Shown: positions 7,998 through 12,861 of the stretch, piece after piece
How positions within the stretch are numbered: the stretch's first letter is position 1
How the letters are laid out: each line of letters opens with the position of its first letter
DNA from: a bacterium
GTDB taxonomy: Bacteria; SZUA-182; DTGQ01
NCBI GenBank assembly: GCA_040752695.1
Contig: JBFMGO010000141.1
Location: 1 to 12,861, forward strand
DNA length: 12,861 nt
Reading direction: 5' to 3'
The notes under the pieces: generated by a model
Databases searched by the model: none
What the model was told of the DNA's origin: nothing
What the model saw: the letters and a program-made list of their open reading frames with translations, nothing else
Position numbers and translations under genes: made by a program

Positions 7998-9045
7998 AAA
8001 TATCCCTTAACCTCTCCTCGATGATCTCACAAGAGAGCTTGTTTTGCTTGCCAACAACGATAATCCGTAAGTTTTTGACTTCGTTTTCCTTCGCTGTGAT
8101 AAATGCAATCAGCGGCTCAACGCCGAACGTAATATATTTGGCCTGGCCTGTGTATTTGATCAAAAAATTGTCCGCAAGCTTTTCGAAATGAGCCAGACTC
8201 TTCTCTTCTTCGGCCCGCTCGATGCCTTCCTTAATCAGTGGTGCGTAGCCGGTAGAGCTCAGCGATGAGATCAGCCGCTCCTGCGGCTCTTTCAGAAGGG
8301 ACACAAGGAGCTGTTTGCTCATTTCTCCACCCTCAAGGAGTACGGAATCAAGAAATGCCTGGTTTTTTTCCATCCGCCTGATGCGCAGGAGGCTGCGAAG
8401 ATTGATAAAGTCAACCTGGATGCGAAGCATGGTGGTCAGAAATTTGTTTTTCCGCCTCTTGGCCTCATGGAGGCAGAAGCCGTAGTAAGCCTGGTCCAAT
8501 GCAATATCGATCCTCTGAGAAGAGAGGGATTCCATCTCAGCCAAAAGAGAGCCGATTCCTTCGGCCACCTGGGGTGGGAGAGGACTGAAATTGCCCGAAT
8601 CAGCCATCTGGCGCAATGCCGAAAGTCCATACATCCCGATGGGGGTGAGCAGGGAATCAGCACGCGTTTCTTTTATATCTTTTGACTGACGCAGTTTGAA
8701 GAGTACCTTCAGGTTATGAAAATCGTACCGTAAAGCAAGCAGGTTCGAAACCGAGTCAGGGTCCGGATCGATACTTTTGATCAATTGATAGGTCCTTTGT
8801 AACTCGGCAATCAGTAAAGACTCCAGATCTGCCGATTCTGCTTGTGCTCCATAGGAGGTTTCCCCGAAAATAGCCGCCATTTCCCGGTGGTTTTTGGCCT
8901 CGATAAGCCTCCTGAAAAAAAGAGTATCGAGGAGCCTGGTTTCCATGGCCCGTATTTTTCCTACTGCAAAGCCATAGCGCAGGTCATCTTTCCTGTTTAG
9001 ATAAACGTCTTGATATGCACCCGGTATCATTTGCCCTTTGTCCAT
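7990..9045 (-). CDS. atpC: V/A-type ATPase subunit C (d/AC39 family, NtpC)
   Basis: Y.FAVGKIRAMETRLL, YDFHNLKVL, D.INLRSLLR, FGVEPL.AF..AKENEVKNLRII..GK; about 350 aa. Start could instead be the second ATG (MIPG...). Confidence 0.95.
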   Translation of the reverse strand: MDKGQMIPGAYQDVYLNRKDDLRYGFAVGKIRAMETRLLDTLFFRRLIEAKNHREMAAIFGETSYGAQAESADLESLLIAELQRTYQLIKSIDPDPDSVSNLLALRYDFHNLKVLFKLRQSKDIKETRADSLLTPIGMYGLSALRQMADSGNFSPLPPQVAEGIGSLLAEMESLSSQRIDIALDQAYYGFCLHEAKRRKNKFLTTMLRIQVDFINLRSLLRIRRMEKNQAFLDSVLLEGGEMSKQLLVSLLKEPQERLISSLSSTGYAPLIKEGIERAEEEKSLAHFEKLADNFLIKYTGQAKYITFGVEPLIAFITAKENEVKNLRIIVVGKQNKLSCEIIEERLRDIYG

Positions 9046-9099
9046 ACCTTCAATGAATGGAATATATGCTGTTAACTCTATACATGTAGTCTTGTGACC

Positions 9100-9696
9100 T
9101 TACGAAAAGAGGATCTTGGCTATTTCCACGTCCAATTCACTTTCCTGATATTTTAAGATCGAGGCAAAGGAATTATCGATCTCCACCCGCTCACCTTTCA
9201 GGATAAATCCACCGTCGAAATTTCTGCGTTCAGCGGAAAGGCTAAGACGGCCATTGCGGCCTTGCTTCCTGAGCGCAGTGTTCACCTGATCGATAAACCG
9301 TTGATCGATCCTTTCACCGTCCCGCTCGCAGATGATAACTTCAGGAGTTTCGGGCGTGTAGCTGGCGATAAGCATCTTTTGTACGATGTCCAGATAGTCC
9401 TTATCCGGCATCTGATACAATTTTTGCATTGCCTCCTGGTAGCAGTTTTGGATTTTTGCCCTCTTTTCGGCCAGGATCTCCTTGCGCAGGGCGAGATCAG
9501 CAGACAGGACCATTCTTTTGCTCTTTTGCTGTGCCGATCGCATCGCCTTATCGATAACCTGCCTGGATTCGTCCTGAGCCTTCTTTTCAGCTCCGGCTAT
9601 AATCCGGGCCGCATCGTCTTCGGCCTTAAGGGTAATGGCTTCTGACTTTTGCCTGGCATCAAACTGAATTTTTTCTAATATTTTTTCCAATGACAT
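9100..9696 (-). CDS. atpE: V/A-type ATPase subunit E (peripheral stalk, NtpE)
   Basis: Starts MSLEKILEKI (GAGG 5 nt before ATG 9696; the track's start at 9771 overlaps subunit K). Coiled-coil N-terminal half and C-terminal GGFIL....EIDNSF...IAKILF; 198 aa. Confidence 0.93.
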   Translation of the reverse strand: MSLEKILEKIQFDARQKSEAITLKAEDDAARIIAGAEKKAQDESRQVIDKAMRSAQQKSKRMVLSADLALRKEILAEKRAKIQNCYQEAMQKLYQMPDKDYLDIVQKMLIASYTPETPEVIICERDGERIDQRFIDQVNTALRKQGRNGRLSLSAERRNFDGGFILKGERVEIDNSFASILKYQESELDVEIAKILFS

Positions 9697-9715
9697 AAAA
9701 GCCTCGTCGATTTCA

Positions 9716-10189
9716 CTAAATTTTAATTCCCATAAGTAACAGGATAGTAGCCAAAAGACCCAGAATGGCATAGGTTTCGACCAGCGCGGACAGAATGACT
9801 GCCTTCATGGAGTCGCCAGGCTGTTTGGCAGCTACGGCCACACCTGCTGCCGAAACCTTGCCCTGATAAATACCGGAAACAAGTCCCCCGAAACCGACCG
9901 GAAGGCACGCGCCAAGAAACTGCATCCCCTGAGATACCGTTAACTGTGGTACCTTTCCCGTAAGCAGCCCCAATTGGATGATAGCGAAAAAGGCGGAAAC
10001 AAAACCGTAAATGCCCTGCGTCCCAGGCAAGGCGGCCAGAATCAGGACATTTCCAAAAGCTTCGGGGTTTTCACTGAGCAAGCCATCACAGGGTTGAGCA
10101 GCAATACTAATACCGATACTCGAACCAAAACCTGCCAGAATTACAGCCAAAGCAGCACCCAAAATTGCTAAAACCAAGCCCCATCCCAT
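9716..10189 (-). CDS. atpK: V/A-type ATPase subunit K/c (4-TM proteolipid, NtpK-like, predicted Na+-binding)
   Basis: 157 aa with four hydrophobic helices; LPGTQGIYG, SGIYQGKV and VETYAILG motifs; AGGAGG SD. Confidence 0.97.
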   Translation of the reverse strand: MGWGLVLAILGAALAVILAGFGSSIGISIAAQPCDGLLSENPEAFGNVLILAALPGTQGIYGFVSAFFAIIQLGLLTGKVPQLTVSQGMQFLGACLPVGFGGLVSGIYQGKVSAAGVAVAAKQPGDSMKAVILSALVETYAILGLLATILLLMGIKI

Positions 10190-10259
10190 AATCTTATCTC
10201 CTCCTAATCCTCAAGTAATAGTTTTTCCTGGTAACACCGGAAGGGTTCCATCACTGTTG

Positions 10260-12269
10260 TCATTTGATAACGACATACTTGGATTCGATGGCAAACGGCA
10301 TGAATGGTTTTCCACCGCCTTCAAAAAATTTAGTGAAAAATTCAATGAACTGCAACCTGCTGGGATGAACAAAAGCACCCAGAAGATTGATAACCAGGTT
10401 AAAAAGATGGCCCACAACGAAAATCGAAGCCATTATTATTATCCCCGCATAAGGGATCTTGACGGTCATAAAGGCTATCTGATTGACCACATTGGCAATG
10501 ATGGCAGAAGCAAGGCCAAGAGCCAGAAGACGGCAATAGGAGAGCATGTCAGCGTAATATCCGACAATTCCATACAGAGCAAGCAATCCGACTCCCACCC
10601 GGCTGAAAATATTGTCCCTGTCCCTCCCTTCGAAAAGGACAATAGTTGCCGCAGAGAGAAGAGACGACCATTTGGCTACGGCAGACCAGACGGGCCCCTG
10701 AAGTTTGCCTCCTGAAACGACGAGAAGCAAAATGATGCCGGGTAAAAGGATCAGCCAGGGAAGCCGGGAGAGAAAGGCATTTTGCCAGTCTTTTTCCCGA
10801 AGGTGCTTGTACATCTGTATGCTCATGCCAAACCATACCTGAATGAATCCCAGACTTAAGGTAAATATCAGGAAGGTAAGGGGATCCTTAATTGGATCCA
10901 TCAAGGTCAGCTTCTTCGTAAAATGCTGTAAAGAGGCAAGGGGAAGATAATTGCTTACCAAATCTCCAAACCAGCCGCCGGTAAAGATTCCGCACATGAT
11001 GGTAGACAGGCCGCACAGGAAGAAGACCTGCATCAGTTTTCGAGACCCTTCCTTCAGGTGGAAGGAGCGAAGCGCGAGAATGGCGGTTAAGGAAAGAATG
11101 AATCCATAGCCGGCATCCCCAAGACACAGGCCGAAGAAGAGGAAGAAAAAAGGAGCGAGCAAAGGTGTAGGATCGATCTGCTGATAGCGGGGCAGACCGT
11201 ACAGACTGGTAATCATCTCAAAGGGAGACACCAGTTTCGAATTAACCAGCACTACCGGAGGGGACTCATCCGGGCCGGGATCATGGATCGAGATATCGAT
11301 TTCACTGAAATCCCGTTCCAGAGTACGCAGAACCTTCTCTTCATCCTGAGCCCTCAGCCAGCCGATCAGGGAAAACACCTCACGGGTATTGGCTGAAAGA
11401 TCGCTGATTTTCTGTCTTTTCTGGAGATTAAGATAATAATCGTGAAGGATTTGGCAGGATTCCTTTTCCTTCAACAGGTCCTGGCTGGCACGGTGCCAGC
11501 TTTCAAAATCGGCCTGTATCGCCTTCAACTGGTTTTGCAATTGATCTATGATTCCGGCTGGGGGGATTCCGGCTGGGATTCCGGTTTTTGACTCTTCAGC
11601 AACACTGAGTTTGACTTCCTGAAATTCGTACCGTCTGAGAACATCCAGGAGCCGGTCCCGGACTTCCACAAGGAAGATGATCAGAAGATAGGCTTTACTC
11701 TTGACAGTGGTTATCTCGGTGATGTCAACCTCCGCTACACTGCCTTCCAACTCCTGAGTAAGCGGGGCCAAAAGACCCGCATCAACGGTTCCGGTCATAA
11801 TGCCATATCGTCCGCATCCCTCCAGTTCCCTGACATCTACGGTCAGGACTTTCCAGGGCTGCCAGAATTCGAGGTCTGTTTTTATTCTGGCCTCCCTCGA
11901 GTGCAGGGTGTTTATCCGTGCCTCCTGTTCCTGGCATCTTTGGTAGTATTCCGAAAGGTTAAAGGTTTGAACAAGATGAGTCAATGCAGCCTGATCAACA
12001 ACCTTCGGGGCCTCGGTCAGGGTGTCCAAAAGGCCCTTTTTCTCTTCAAACCCTTTCAGAAAGTTAAGGATATAAGTGATCTGCTGTAATTTGATATCTA
12101 CATCCCTGGTATCCGTTTCCCTCCTTTCGACAAGATCGCGTACTTCCAGGTTGCTTTCTGTGAAATCAATAACCTGTACTACTCCGAGTTTCTGCAAAGA
12201 AGCGATAACCTCCTCACGGAGATTACGGTATCCGAGAATTTCAATTTTTTTCAGTTTATCGACGGCCAT
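10260..12269 (-). CDS. atpI: V/A-type ATPase subunit I/a (membrane stator, NtpI)
   Basis: 669 aa; soluble N-terminal half, then PFE.I..LYGLP.Y..IDPTP, FFG...GDAGYG, D.LSY.RL.ALGLA (essential Arg) and RLQFIEFF.KFFEGGG.PF.PF. Confidence 0.97.
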   Translation of the reverse strand: MAVDKLKKIEILGYRNLREEVIASLQKLGVVQVIDFTESNLEVRDLVERRETDTRDVDIKLQQITYILNFLKGFEEKKGLLDTLTEAPKVVDQAALTHLVQTFNLSEYYQRCQEQEARINTLHSREARIKTDLEFWQPWKVLTVDVRELEGCGRYGIMTGTVDAGLLAPLTQELEGSVAEVDITEITTVKSKAYLLIIFLVEVRDRLLDVLRRYEFQEVKLSVAEESKTGIPAGIPPAGIIDQLQNQLKAIQADFESWHRASQDLLKEKESCQILHDYYLNLQKRQKISDLSANTREVFSLIGWLRAQDEEKVLRTLERDFSEIDISIHDPGPDESPPVVLVNSKLVSPFEMITSLYGLPRYQQIDPTPLLAPFFFLFFGLCLGDAGYGFILSLTAILALRSFHLKEGSRKLMQVFFLCGLSTIMCGIFTGGWFGDLVSNYLPLASLQHFTKKLTLMDPIKDPLTFLIFTLSLGFIQVWFGMSIQMYKHLREKDWQNAFLSRLPWLILLPGIILLLVVSGGKLQGPVWSAVAKWSSLLSAATIVLFEGRDRDNIFSRVGVGLLALYGIVGYYADMLSYCRLLALGLASAIIANVVNQIAFMTVKIPYAGIIIMASIFVVGHLFNLVINLLGAFVHPSRLQFIEFFTKFFEGGGKPFMPFAIESKYVVIK
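11550..11584. repeat. In-frame tandem micro-duplication inside subunit I
   Basis: GATTCCGGCTGG at 11550-11561 and 11565-11576, with a partial third copy GATTCCGG at 11577-11584; encodes T-GIP-AGIP-PAGI. Confidence 0.8.
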
Positions 12270-12582
12270 TTAAACGAGTGATCCTTTCCATAATAAAGGC
12301 AACAGCCCGGTCATGGTTCTCATTGGCTTTGGACCGCACGGATTTCTTTTGTTTTTCTGCCTGCTCCCTGATGGCTGTGATGCTCTTTTGAGCTTCTTTC
12401 TCTTCCTGGACGGCAATTTCTTCAGCTTTTCGATGAGCCTGATGGAGAATCAGGGAGGCTTGCTCTTCACCTTTCCTGTATGCATTCTCAAGGATGGATT
12501 TGGCTTTTTGCTCAGCCATCGATATAATCTTTTCAGCCCCTTGTTCTGAATTTTTCACCTGTCTTAATTTTTCGACGACCAA
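12256..12582 (-). CDS. V/A-type ATPase subunit H/G (peripheral stalk, NtpF-like)
   Basis: 108-aa A/E/K/Q-rich coiled coil (E..AE.II..A...A; AV.FIMERI). First gene of the operon; overlaps subunit I by 14 nt. TTG start with AGGAGAGGTGA SD 4 nt upstream. Confidence 0.88.
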   Translation of the reverse strand: MVVEKLRQVKNSEQGAEKIISMAEQKAKSILENAYRKGEEQASLILHQAHRKAEEIAVQEEKEAQKSITAIREQAEKQKKSVRSKANENHDRAVAFIMERITRLNGRR

Positions 12583-12721
12583 ATTTTCACCTCTCCTTGT
12601 TTAGGACAGCCTCTTTGCATAAAAAACGTATTTAATAATAATATATAGATTGGGAATGAAAATATCGGTAACTTAGTTGAAGTATCTATGAAGGATAGGT
12701 AACTTTATCTTAAGGTCACTA

Positions 12722-12730
12722 ATTATAGCA
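12722..12730 (-). promoter_or_regulatory. Extended -10 promoter of the ATPase operon
   Basis: Minus strand TGCTATAAT is a perfect TGn-TATAAT, about 140 nt upstream of the first start codon. The -35 position (TTTTCT) is weak, as is usual for extended -10 promoters. Confidence 0.6.
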
Positions 12731-12760
12731 TTCTTGAGGAAATTAGAAAAGTAAAAAAAT

Positions 12761-12791
12761 TTGACTATTGACTTTTGAGGGAATATAATAA
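12761..12791 (+). promoter_or_regulatory. Possible divergent sigma70-type promoter
   Basis: TTGACT at 12761 (repeated at 12768), then TATATAAA beginning 17 nt after the first copy, upstream of an SD-ATG at 12853. Confidence 0.35.
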
Positions 12792-12852
12792 ACAGGTTTT
12801 AACAATTCATTCTTCAACATATTGAGATCAAAAGCTAAAACAAGGGGTTAAC

Positions 12853-12861
12853 ATGAATAAA
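12853..12861 (+). CDS. Possible start of a divergent gene (MNK...), truncated by the right window edge
   Basis: AAGGGG followed 5 nt later by ATG AAT AAA; only three codons are visible. Confidence 0.35.

Overview
Bacterial-looking genomic window with almost all real genes on the minus strand. About 8.8 kb (3792-12582) is a complete, intact, intein-free V/A-type ATPase operon in the order H(G)-I-K-E-C-F-A-B-D. Its 4-helix K subunit keeps the Na+-binding residue set known from Enterococcus hirae NtpK. The operon has an extended -10 promoter upstream and a hairpin downstream. Further downstream are three co-oriented, apparently separately regulated genes for predicted exported proteins of unknown function: (1) a ~702-aa protein with a CBM-like N-terminal domain and three cadherin/He_PIG-like Ig repeats, the first apparently split by large insertions, behind a strong sigma70-like promoter and a ~355-nt leader; (2) a 153-aa orphan behind a sigma54-like -24/-12 motif; (3) a gene truncated by the left window edge, preceded by a 36-nt-period duplication. 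A possible divergent gene starts at the far right edge. I found no CRISPR array, mobile element or RNA gene. I cannot support a claim of a wholly new system. The best novelty candidates are the exported-protein cluster and its regulatory elements.
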